DNA from: an uncultured Verrucomicrobiaceae bacterium
GTDB lineage: Bacteria > Pseudomonadota > Gammaproteobacteria > Pseudomonadales > CAMLJR01
Length of the DNA: 64,000 nucleotides
Assembly (NCBI GenBank): GCA_964386045.1
Contig: CAYLRA010000010.1
Coordinates: 8,809 to 72,808 of the forward strand
Direction: 5' to 3'
The translations under genes were made by a program, and so were the position numbers. Position 1 is the stretch's first letter; each line of letters opens with the position of its first letter. Below the pieces are notes generated by a model. It ran no database searches and was not told the DNA's origin. It saw nothing but the letters and a program-made list of their open reading frames with translations. Of the stretch, positions 11,252 through 18,590 are shown in pieces.

Positions 11252-12105
11252 TCCAGCACACCCACCTGACGGCCTGGCAGACCCACGCGCCCTGGCCCAA
11301 GCGCAGTCAGGTCGAACAGGATCTGCGGCTGTCTCGTGGAGTGGCCACCATCTTCGCCGATTCAATCCTGGGCGAGCATCTGGCGATGCGCGGCGGTACG
11401 GTCCTGCACAAGGCACACCTGGCACCGGCCGCACGTTATTCGGAAGACATCGACCTGGTGCTCGTGAAGGCGATGGATACGGAAACGCTGGACCGGCATC
11501 TGCGTCACGTTCTTACTCCGGTGCTGGGGCAGCCAGCCGACTCGTTGATCGCCGACGCCTGGCTGGCGATTCGCAACGTACTGCGGCCGTCGAGGATTCT
11601 GCGTACCGCCTATCGGTTCGTTCCAGTGGGATTGCGGCGAGAGGAAACGATCAAGGTCGAGGTCAACCTCAACGAAAGTGCATCGCTGTACCCGCTGGTC
11701 GATGTTGGGATGGACACTCTGGACGATGAGGGCGAGCACTTTCGTACCCAGGTGCGCTCTTACGACATCGACGAGATGCTGGGCACCAAGACACGGGCGC
11801 TGATGCAGCGCGAACAGGGACGCGATCTCTTCGATCTATTCCATGCCTGGCAGCTCAGCGAAGCCGGCACCACACCCTACCCCGTGAACGGCGCCAAGGC
11901 GATGGAAGCCTTCGCGTGGTATCTGGAAAAGGAAGGCACGCACATGGGAAACAACGAAGCCAGCGCACTGCTCGACGCCAGGCTGCGCAAGGCGTCTTTT
12001 CGACGGGACATGGACACGCTGTTGCGACCGGGATTGCCCAAGTTCGACGTGGATGAGGGGGCGGCGGTTGTACGAGATGCCTATCTCAGGCATCTGAAAT
12101 CATGA
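11248..12105 (+). CDS. abiEii: AbiEii/AbiGii-family nucleotidyltransferase toxin (DUF1814)
   Basis: 285 aa; LAMRGGTVLHKAHL...RYSEDIDLVL matches the GG-T..H / R.S.DIDL nucleotidyltransferase motifs of AbiEii. Translationally coupled to abiEi. Confidence 0.82.
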   Translation: MIQHTHLTAWQTHAPWPKRSQVEQDLRLSRGVATIFADSILGEHLAMRGGTVLHKAHLAPAARYSEDIDLVLVKAMDTETLDRHLRHVLTPVLGQPADSLIADAWLAIRNVLRPSRILRTAYRFVPVGLRREETIKVEVNLNESASLYPLVDVGMDTLDDEGEHFRTQVRSYDIDEMLGTKTRALMQREQGRDLFDLFHAWQLSEAGTTPYPVNGAKAMEAFAWYLEKEGTHMGNNEASALLDARLRKASFRRDMDTLLRPGLPKFDVDEGAAVVRDAYLRHLKS

Positions 12106-12388
12106 CCGTGTTAGTGAAGCCAAGGGCGGCGCACCTGGATTGCAAAACTTTATGAACAAGACATTGATCGATCGCAAGAGTGGGTCGATTCACCGTGCTC
12201 CCGCACATCGCGCCTGTCCCGCAACAACGGGCGCGTCGAATATCCCCTCTCTAAAATTGGCGAGTATTTTTTGCTGCGCCCATCCGGGTTTCGAGCGTGC
12301 AATAACATAACCACGGTTGTTACACGACGAACCGCCGACCAGATGATACTTTTCTCGGCATCCAGAAAACGCGATCACCGGTCACGCC

Positions 12389-14494
12389 ATGTCCATCGAA
12401 CTCAGCAACCATCGCCGCCTGATCTGGAACTGGAGCAGTCTCCTTCACGACGACCTCAGGCCGCGCATCATCGACACGCTTGCCGACGGCGAGATCTGCG
12501 TCCTGGACGGCCATACCGACAGGGTGTGCGGTGCACTGGAACTTCGGGACGGCCGGTTGCTGACCTGGTCCAGCGACCAGACGCTGCGCATCTGGCGCAT
12601 GAGCGATGGTGCCTGCGAGACAGTGTTCCGCGCGCACCGGGCCTGGATCAGCGGTGCGCTGGAGGCAGCGCCGGGCATCATCCTCTCCTGGGACGGCGAT
12701 GGCTGGCTTCACCGCTGGAGTGCGGCGACCGGGGAAAGCCGCAATATGCTTGCACCAGTGGAGGGGACATCGATTCACGATACCGGCTTCCGTGACCTCC
12801 TCACGGCAGGCAGCGATCGCCTGCTCACCGCCCATGAACGCCAGGTCCGCCTGATCGATGCGGCTGATCTGACCGTGATCCAGACCTGCGAATGGGAGTC
12901 GGATGAGAGTGGCTTCTGCTTTTTGAAAGCAGAATATCTGCCACCAGCCCATTTCCTCATCCACGATCACGAGGAAGCAGCCGTGTACGCACTGGCCGAT
13001 GGCCACCTCGTGGACGCCTTCGATCTGCGAGGCTACGACACCAGGTTGCTGGCGCTGCGCGACGGGCGTCTGCTGTTCCTGCACTGGTCGCGTCAGACGA
13101 AGCGACACGTGATCGACCTACGGGAACCGCCGCCCGCCCGTCGCGTCGAGACACTGGAACTCGATGGCGAAGGGGTGGCACACGTTGTCGAACGCGCGGA
13201 TGGCGAGGTGCTGCTGGCGCTGAACGACTACCGGGTATTCCTGCTCGGCACACGGCCACTGGCGCTGCACCGTGAAGTGGAGTTGGCGCCGGACCGATCG
13301 AGCGGCTTCCTGAGTTTCGATCCCGAAGCGACGGAGAGGGCCGAACCGCTGGCAGACGGCTCGCGAGACCACCGCGCCCTGCAGGCACGCTGGCTGGGTG
13401 CCGGCGAGACCGGGCTCATGGCGCTGCCGCAGAATCGGCATCCCGCCGGCGAGACCGTGCGTGATGGGCGATTGATGTTGGAGACGGATGGCGTCTTCGA
13501 ACTGTTCGATCTGCGCAGCGGAACCTGTGAACAGATTCCTGCGACCGCCCGTGAAGCCGTTGCCCGCAGGGCACTGGATCGGGGTGCCTGCACCTGGGCC
13601 GCGGTCAATGGGAGGAGCGATGGCGTATCGCAACGCATGGCCCGTCTCGCCGGCGTGGCGCCGGAAGCGGTGACCGAAGCCCTGGTGCCATTGGGGGAAC
13701 ACCATCAGAACGGGATGCAGCGGCTGTGGCTCCTCCCCGCCGAGGGCGGCGCCATCGTCGGCTGGCAGCGCGAGCCCGAGCCGGCGGCGTGGTGGATCGA
13801 CCGCAAGGCCGGCAGCGATACCGTCGAGGTGCTGCCGATTCCCATCGACCGGACCCAGTTCGAGGCATTCCGCGGTTATCCGCTGATCGCGCCGGACGGC
13901 ACGGTGCATGCGCTGCACGAAGGCCGGCTGGCGCCGTTGACGCGGCCCGGCCACGGCCATGCGCTGCGCGTGCTGCCCGACTATCGGAACCAATTCCCCC
14001 ACATCCGCTGGTGCGGCGGCAACCGTATCCTGACCTCGGAATTCGATGGCGCGGCGGTATACGACGCCGCCAGCCTGGACCGGCTCACCCGGCTCGACGG
14101 CGGCCACGGCGTCTCCATCAGGGGCATTCACGAGCTGCGCGACGGCACGCTGGTGGCCTACAGCCGATCGGCGCTGCGCAGTTGGCGCGCCGCCGACTTG
14201 GCACCGCTGGTGGAACTGAGGGATCCCGAAGACTGGGGACCCGGCTGCGAAGAAGTGGTTTCGCTGCGCCACATGACGGGGCTGGCTTTCTGCGCCGGGA
14301 AATACACTCTGGATTCGCGTGTGGTGCTGTGGGATGGCGCCACGCAACTGCTCGTCTTCGGCGCACACACGGAAGAAGTGGTGAGCATCACCGAGCTGGG
14401 GGACGGATACATGGCGTCCTGCTGCGAGAGCAACGATGGAGATGACGCCTGGCACATCTGGCGCATTCCAGAGACGCTGTGGTTTCACCGGTAG
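12389..14494 (+). CDS. Stand-alone WD40-like beta-propeller protein (701 aa), function unknown
   Basis: WD-type repeats are readable at both ends: LDGHTDRVCGALELRDGRLLTWSSDQTLRIW, FRAHRAWISGALEAAPGIILSWDGDGWLHRW, GHGVSIRGIHELRDGTLVAYSRSALRSW, FGAHTEEVVSITELGDGYMASCCESNDGDDAWHIW. No NTPase, kinase or other enzymatic motif was seen. An AT-richer 283-bp spacer lies upstream. Confidence 0.7.
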   Translation: MSIELSNHRRLIWNWSSLLHDDLRPRIIDTLADGEICVLDGHTDRVCGALELRDGRLLTWSSDQTLRIWRMSDGACETVFRAHRAWISGALEAAPGIILSWDGDGWLHRWSAATGESRNMLAPVEGTSIHDTGFRDLLTAGSDRLLTAHERQVRLIDAADLTVIQTCEWESDESGFCFLKAEYLPPAHFLIHDHEEAAVYALADGHLVDAFDLRGYDTRLLALRDGRLLFLHWSRQTKRHVIDLREPPPARRVETLELDGEGVAHVVERADGEVLLALNDYRVFLLGTRPLALHREVELAPDRSSGFLSFDPEATERAEPLADGSRDHRALQARWLGAGETGLMALPQNRHPAGETVRDGRLMLETDGVFELFDLRSGTCEQIPATAREAVARRALDRGACTWAAVNGRSDGVSQRMARLAGVAPEAVTEALVPLGEHHQNGMQRLWLLPAEGGAIVGWQREPEPAAWWIDRKAGSDTVEVLPIPIDRTQFEAFRGYPLIAPDGTVHALHEGRLAPLTRPGHGHALRVLPDYRNQFPHIRWCGGNRILTSEFDGAAVYDAASLDRLTRLDGGHGVSIRGIHELRDGTLVAYSRSALRSWRAADLAPLVELRDPEDWGPGCEEVVSLRHMTGLAFCAGKYTLDSRVVLWDGATQLLVFGAHTEEVVSITELGDGYMASCCESNDGDDAWHIWRIPETLWFHR

Positions 14495-14593
14495 CGGTGC
14501 GGCCGCCTTCCTCAAATGGTTCGCGCCATGTGACGAGTCACGCCGGACAAACCCGGTGAAACCCACGACAACCCCAGGACAGACGCCAACACC

Positions 14594-15250
14594 ATGGAAC
14601 TGATCATCGCCACCATCGCCGGCCTGCTGCCGATCATCAACCCGTTCAGCACCGCACCGATGTTCCTCGCGATCACCGAGGGCGACAGCGACGACGAGCG
14701 CGCCGAGCAGGCGCGCAAGGCCGTGATCTACATGATCTGCATCCTGGTCGCGTTCCTGATCGGCGGGACGTTCATCATGCAGTTCTTCGGCCTGTCGCTG
14801 CCCGGCCTGCGCATCGCCGGCGGTATCCTCGTCGCCGGCGTCGGCATGAAGATGCTGTACCCGAAGGACGAGATCGAACAGACCCAGGCCGAGCGCATGG
14901 AGTCGCGGCGCAAGCGGGATGTCTCGTTCACACCGCTGGCGATGCCGAGCCTCGCCGGCCCCGGCGCGATCTCGGTGACCATCGGCCTGACCTCGCTGGC
15001 AACCGCCTGGTGGGAGTTCGGCGCGATCGTGCTCGGCATCCTCGTCGTCGCCGTCATCGTCTACACGACACTGCGGCTGTCGACGCGGCTGGTCGGCGTG
15101 CTCGGCGTCAACGGCCTGCACGCGATGACCAGAATCATGGGCTTCCTGATCCTGTGCGTCGGCGTGCAGTTCATCGTCAACGGCATCGTCGGCATCGCCT
15201 CCAGCCCCGAGCTGATCGGCGCCATCGTCAACGCGCTGCCGGCCGACTAG
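14594..15250 (+). CDS. MarC-family (UPF0056) integral membrane protein
   Basis: MELIIATIAGLLPIINPFSTAPMFLAIT... is a typical MarC-family N-terminus; ~6 TM, 218 aa. Confidence 0.8.
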   Translation: MELIIATIAGLLPIINPFSTAPMFLAITEGDSDDERAEQARKAVIYMICILVAFLIGGTFIMQFFGLSLPGLRIAGGILVAGVGMKMLYPKDEIEQTQAERMESRRKRDVSFTPLAMPSLAGPGAISVTIGLTSLATAWWEFGAIVLGILVVAVIVYTTLRLSTRLVGVLGVNGLHAMTRIMGFLILCVGVQFIVNGIVGIASSPELIGAIVNALPAD

Positions 15251-15256
15251 TCCCGA

Positions 15257-16162
15257 ATGCCCGCCTGGAACATCGGCCTGACGCTCGCCCTCGCCACCGC
15301 GCTGCAGTGGGCCATCGTGCCGATCCTCGGCAAGGGGCTGCTGCTGCAGATGGATGCCGGCACGCTGACTTGGTACCGGCAGATCGGCCGTGCGCTGCCG
15401 TTGGCCCTCTTCTTCCTGTGGCAGCGCCCGGACTGGACCGCACTGCGTGACCGGCAGACGCAGAAGTTGCTGGCGATCTGCGTGATCGGGCTGTGCGGCA
15501 ACGGCTACTTCTTCAACGCCGGCCTGAAATACGCGACGCCGAGCGCGACGCAGATGATCGTGCAGGTCGGCCCGGTGCTGGTGCTGCTGGGCGCCGTGAT
15601 CCTTTTCAAGGAGTCGTTCACGCGGCGGCAGTGGGTCGGCACGCTGGTCATCGTCCTGGGCCAGCTCGCCTTCTTCCACACTCGCATCGGCGACCTGGTC
15701 GGCCTGACCAGCTACGGCATCGGCCTGATGCTGCTGGCGCTGACGCCGCTGTTCTGGGCCTCCTACGCGCTGGCGCAGAAACGGATGGGCCGGCAGCTCA
15801 GCTCGCAACAGGTGCTGCTGATCGCCTATCTGGTCGGCACCGTGATTTTTCTGCCACTGGCGACACCCGACCGGGCGCTGATGCTGGACGGCGTTGGCCT
15901 GTTGCTGCTGGGCGCCACGCTGGTGCTCTACATGACCAGCTACATCACGCTGGGTGGCGCCATGGTGCGCTGGGAAGCCTCACGGGTCAGCGCCATGCTG
16001 ACGGTGACACCGCTGATCACGGTGCTCTTCTCGAAGGTGGTCGAGGCGCTGGTGCCGGGTTACCTGGAACCAGAACCGATGGGACCGCTGAACCTGATCG
16101 GCGCGCTGGCGGTGGTCGGCGGCTCACTGGTGATCGCGCTGCCGAAGCGTCGCTATGCTTGA
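15257..16162 (+). CDS. EamA/DMT-family transporter
   Basis: 301 aa, about ten hydrophobic helices in two EamA-like halves (ALQWAIVPILGKGLL..., LFWASYALAQKRMG...). Confidence 0.75.
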   Translation: MPAWNIGLTLALATALQWAIVPILGKGLLLQMDAGTLTWYRQIGRALPLALFFLWQRPDWTALRDRQTQKLLAICVIGLCGNGYFFNAGLKYATPSATQMIVQVGPVLVLLGAVILFKESFTRRQWVGTLVIVLGQLAFFHTRIGDLVGLTSYGIGLMLLALTPLFWASYALAQKRMGRQLSSQQVLLIAYLVGTVIFLPLATPDRALMLDGVGLLLLGATLVLYMTSYITLGGAMVRWEASRVSAMLTVTPLITVLFSKVVEALVPGYLEPEPMGPLNLIGALAVVGGSLVIALPKRRYA

Positions 16163-16187
16163 CTTCAACAGCCTCAAAACCGAGAAT
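16159..16187 (+). promoter_or_regulatory. Candidate sigma70 promoter for tRNA-Met
   Basis: TTGACT (16159-16164), a 17-nt spacer, GAGAAT (16182-16187), followed by a GC-rich discriminator GCGCGCC. About 55 nt upstream of the tRNA. Confidence 0.5.
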
Positions 16188-16241
16188 GCGCGCCTCTTTT
16201 TATCGCGTCCGGCAGTTCCGCGAACGTCGAAACCTGTTCCT

Positions 16242-16318
16242 GGCAAGGTAGCTCAGCTGGTTAGAGCACAGCACTCATAATGCTGGGGTCCCCGGTTCGA
16301 TTCCGGGCCTTGCTACCA
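16242..16318 (+). tRNA. tRNA-Met, elongator-like (anticodon CAT; lysidine-modified tRNA-Ile2 not excluded)
   Basis: GGCAAGGTAGCTCAGCTGGTTAGAGCACAGCACTCATAATGCTGGGGTCCCCGGTTCGATTCCGGGCCTTGCTACCA. The cloverleaf folds by hand (anticodon loop CT-CAT-AA) and closely resembles E. coli metT-type tRNA. Confidence 0.88.
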
Positions 16319-16326
16319 AATACAAA

Positions 16327-16354
16327 GGCTCGCCCCACAAGGGCGGGCCTTTTT
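16327..16354 (+). terminator. Rho-independent terminator after tRNA-Met
   Basis: GGCTCGCCC-CACAA-GGGCGGGCC followed by TTTTT. Confidence 0.75.
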
Positions 16355-16356
16355 GA

Positions 16357-16385
16357 TTGAAACTCCGCGACAACCGGCCTAGTAT
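16357..16385 (+). promoter_or_regulatory. Near-consensus sigma70 promoter driving the structured RNA / PemK-like gene
   Basis: TTGAAA (16357-16362), a 17-nt spacer, TAGTAT (16380-16385). Predicted TSS around 16392. Confidence 0.55.
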
Positions 16386-16391
16386 CCCGAG

Positions 16392-16514
16392 CTGTCTCCG
16401 GTGAAAGCCGGTTGGAGTCTGCCTCCCGAGAGGTCGAGGCAGCGGCGCAGCGAAGTGATTGCAAGCTTCGCTGCGTGTCGGATCTGGAGCCGCCCTCGGG
16501 CGGCTTTGCTTTTT
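16392..16514 (+). ncRNA. Candidate ~120-nt structured RNA (three hairpins plus intrinsic terminator), unclassified
   Basis: H1 16396-16417 (CTCCGG..CCGG..GGAG). H2 16419-16442 (CTGCCTC-10 nt-GAGGCAG). H3 16446-16475 (CGCAGCGAAG-10 nt-CTTCGCTGCG). Terminator 16488-16514 (AGCCGCC-CTCG-GGCGGCT then TTGCTTTTT). No plausible ORF in this stretch. Confidence 0.45.
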
Positions 16515-16521
16515 CCAGGGA

Positions 16522-16926
16522 ATGGAAATGCCTCTGAATGGATTCTTCCCGAAGCCGGGACAGGTATTGCTGTGTGACTTCAACCGCGGCTTCGTACCAC
16601 CGGAAATGGTCAAGAGCCGCCCCTGCGTTGTGGTCTCCGCCGCCCGGACTCATGGACGACGTCTCTGTTGTGTGGTCCCGCTGTCGACCACCGCCCCGAA
16701 CAGTGTGCACGGCCTGGCTCACCGCCTGCCGCAAAACCCCTGCCCAGACTTCTCTGCTGCGGTCGCCGTCTGGGCCAAATGCGACATGCTCTACACCGTG
16801 AGCTTCGAGCGCCTGAACAAGCTGCATAAGAAAACGAGAAAGGGGCGGGTCTATTACGTACCCACCATTGAAGCGATGGACCTCGTCGCCATTCGTGCCT
16901 GCATCCGTGCCTATCTGGAACTTTGA
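16522..16926 (+). CDS. PemK/MazF-fold toxin-like protein (orphan; no adjacent protein antitoxin)
   Basis: FPKPGQVLLCDFNRGFVPPEMVKSRPCVVVS...CCVVPLSTT parallels the MazF/PemK pattern G-x-(I/V)-x-x-x-D-F...E-x-x-K-x-R-P-x-V-V-x-S...V-P-x-(S/T)-T. ATG at 16522 or, better spaced from AGGGA, at 16528. The ORF-track start at 16459 lies inside the terminator hairpin and is rejected. Confidence 0.7.
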   Translation: MEMPLNGFFPKPGQVLLCDFNRGFVPPEMVKSRPCVVVSAARTHGRRLCCVVPLSTTAPNSVHGLAHRLPQNPCPDFSAAVAVWAKCDMLYTVSFERLNKLHKKTRKGRVYYVPTIEAMDLVAIRACIRAYLEL

Positions 16927-16975
16927 TACCACAACGTCTCACCCTGTCAGCATCGGACCATGAGACGCAGAACGG

Positions 16976-16997
16976 AAAAGCCCGCCTTGCGGCGGGC
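16976..16997. terminator. Shared (bidirectional) terminator hairpin between the convergent genes
   Basis: AAAA-GCCCGCC-TTGC-GGCGGGC. On the minus strand the stem is followed by TTTTCC, which serves the 448-aa gene. Confidence 0.6.
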
Positions 16998-17017
16998 CAA
17001 CCATTTCCAATATCGCG

Positions 17018-18364
17018 TCACTCCACCGGCTCCTCCTCGTGCGCCGGGCAGCAGCGGTAGTCGGCGTGTTTCTCCAGCAGCTCGATCTGCCGTTTCAGCA
17101 GCTGGTTCTGCAGCTCCTTCTCTTCCAGTTCGAGCGCGATCTCCTTCTGCCGCGCCGGTTCACAGACGCTGCACTCGTCGATGCACCCCTTCACCACCAG
17201 ACCGCCGGTCGGGATCAGCTCCTGCCGCTCCCACGACAGCTCGGCGATGATCTTCTCGGTCGGCGTGCCGTCGGCCTTGATCATGCCGGCCTTCTCCAGC
17301 TGCTGCTGCACCGACTTGACCGCGGCGGTGCGCAGGTCGGGCTCGATCGCCACCGGTGACGCCAGCGTCGCCGAGGCGAAGTTCACGCGGTTGGCGACAA
17401 GCAGGCCGGAGCCGACCGCCGTGGTGCCCTGCAGGCGCTCCAGCGTGCTGGTGCGATCGGCGCGCTCCAGCACCAGCCGATTCTCGGCTGTCGCCAGCAC
17501 CGCCTGCGGAATCACCGCCACCCTGTTGGGCACTCGCGGTGTCGGTGCCACCGCCGTCGGCGCCGAGCTGTCTCCGGCCTGCGTCTCGATCGCCACCAGC
17601 CGCCAGCGGATGCGCTGCACCTTCATCAGTTGCCAGACGAAGTAGTTGACGACATGACAGCGGTTTTCGTTGCTGATGGTGCGCGAGCTCGACTCGTAGT
17701 GCGCCTCACTCTCGCCCTGCGCATGTTCGCGTGTCTCCACTTCGCCAACCGACACCGCGCGCGAGGCGCGCACCGAAGCCGCGGAGTAGCTCGACGCCGA
17801 CGATGCGTGCTGCGTCAGCGAACGGGCAAAGTCACGCGTCGAATCGGCCGAGTAGGAACCGCCCCCGCCACCCCCGCCGATCTTGATGATGCCGAAAAGA
17901 TTGACCGAGGCGCCGCCACCGCCCTCCGCCCAGCTCTCCTCGAACGTGCTGTTGGTACTGGAGTTCTCGGAGATGCTGAGATCGCTGACCGCCTGCGCGA
18001 AGGCGAAGCTGTAATGGCTCTCGCTGGACGTGCGTTCGTGGCGGTAGGCAAGCGACGTCTCGCGATCGTAGGACCAGCGCGACGATTTGTCGGAAACGAA
18101 TAACCTGACCTTCTCGCCCGGCAGCAGGCTGACGGTGTGCTGCAGATCGCCGAGCGCGGTGCCCTGACTACAGCGCTCGTACTCGAACACCAATGTGACA
18201 TCGACCGGCACACGCCGGTCATTGACCGCCGACCGGAACGGCAGTTGATAGCGAAAATTGAGGCGCTCGTCGCAGGGCTTGTCGACCAGCGGCGGACAGC
18301 AGGGAATGGCGAGGCCGTTCTTGCCCGGGTGGGCAACGGCATTTTCCGTGGCTCTGGGTGACAT
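17018..18364 (-). CDS. Hypothetical protein, 448 aa, no family recognised
   Basis: Strong RBS (AAGGAGGA, complement of 18371-18378) 6 nt before the ATG. Terminal Cys clusters (IPCCPPLVDKPC; CIDECSVC...YRCCP), a Ser/Thr-rich central segment with a Gly7 run (FGIIKIGGGGGGGSYS), and a C-terminal heptad-like segment (EIALELEEKELQNQLLKRQIELLEK). No signal peptide. Confidence 0.6.
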   Translation of the reverse strand: MSPRATENAVAHPGKNGLAIPCCPPLVDKPCDERLNFRYQLPFRSAVNDRRVPVDVTLVFEYERCSQGTALGDLQHTVSLLPGEKVRLFVSDKSSRWSYDRETSLAYRHERTSSESHYSFAFAQAVSDLSISENSSTNSTFEESWAEGGGGASVNLFGIIKIGGGGGGGSYSADSTRDFARSLTQHASSASSYSAASVRASRAVSVGEVETREHAQGESEAHYESSSRTISNENRCHVVNYFVWQLMKVQRIRWRLVAIETQAGDSSAPTAVAPTPRVPNRVAVIPQAVLATAENRLVLERADRTSTLERLQGTTAVGSGLLVANRVNFASATLASPVAIEPDLRTAAVKSVQQQLEKAGMIKADGTPTEKIIAELSWERQELIPTGGLVVKGCIDECSVCEPARQKEIALELEEKELQNQLLKRQIELLEKHADYRCCPAHEEEPVE

Positions 18365-18590
18365 GGTCAGTCCTCCTTGGTTGCATCGATCCTGTGGATA
18401 CGCCGCTCTGATACGGCGTTAGAAGCGGTGAAGCAGCGCCATTTGCTGGCCGGGCCACTCCGCGACCCTGCCGCTTCACCAGCAACCACACACTAGAATT
18501 CGTGCAGAAAAACCCCAAGGCACAAAGTCACAACGAGCCGGGCAGTAGTACCTCAACAGGCAAGCTCACTGACGACGACTCGTGCCAGCG

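Noticed and set aside
12190-12378. 62-aa minus-strand ORF in the AT-rich spacer upstream of the WD40 gene
   Set aside because: There is no RBS, no recognisable motif, and it is short. It was considered as a possible relic of a lost domain, but I cannot support that from the sequence.
13118-15808. 896-aa minus-strand ORF running antisense across the WD40, marC and eamA genes
   Set aside because: It crosses two intergenic regions of well-supported plus-strand genes and is of low complexity (R/A/G/Q-rich). It is a GC-bias artefact.
16459-16521. N-terminal extension of the PemK-like ORF (track start at 16459)
   Set aside because: The extension would be translated through hairpin H3 and the terminator stem/T-tract, and it has no RBS. 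The MazF-like similarity begins after the Met codons at 16522/16528.
16319-18590. Search for an att-like direct repeat of the tRNA-Met 3' end, or an integrase, that would define a genomic island
   Set aside because: No copy of the tRNA 3' segment and no integrase or recombinase ORF were visible. The region is therefore described as an islet, not as a mobile element.
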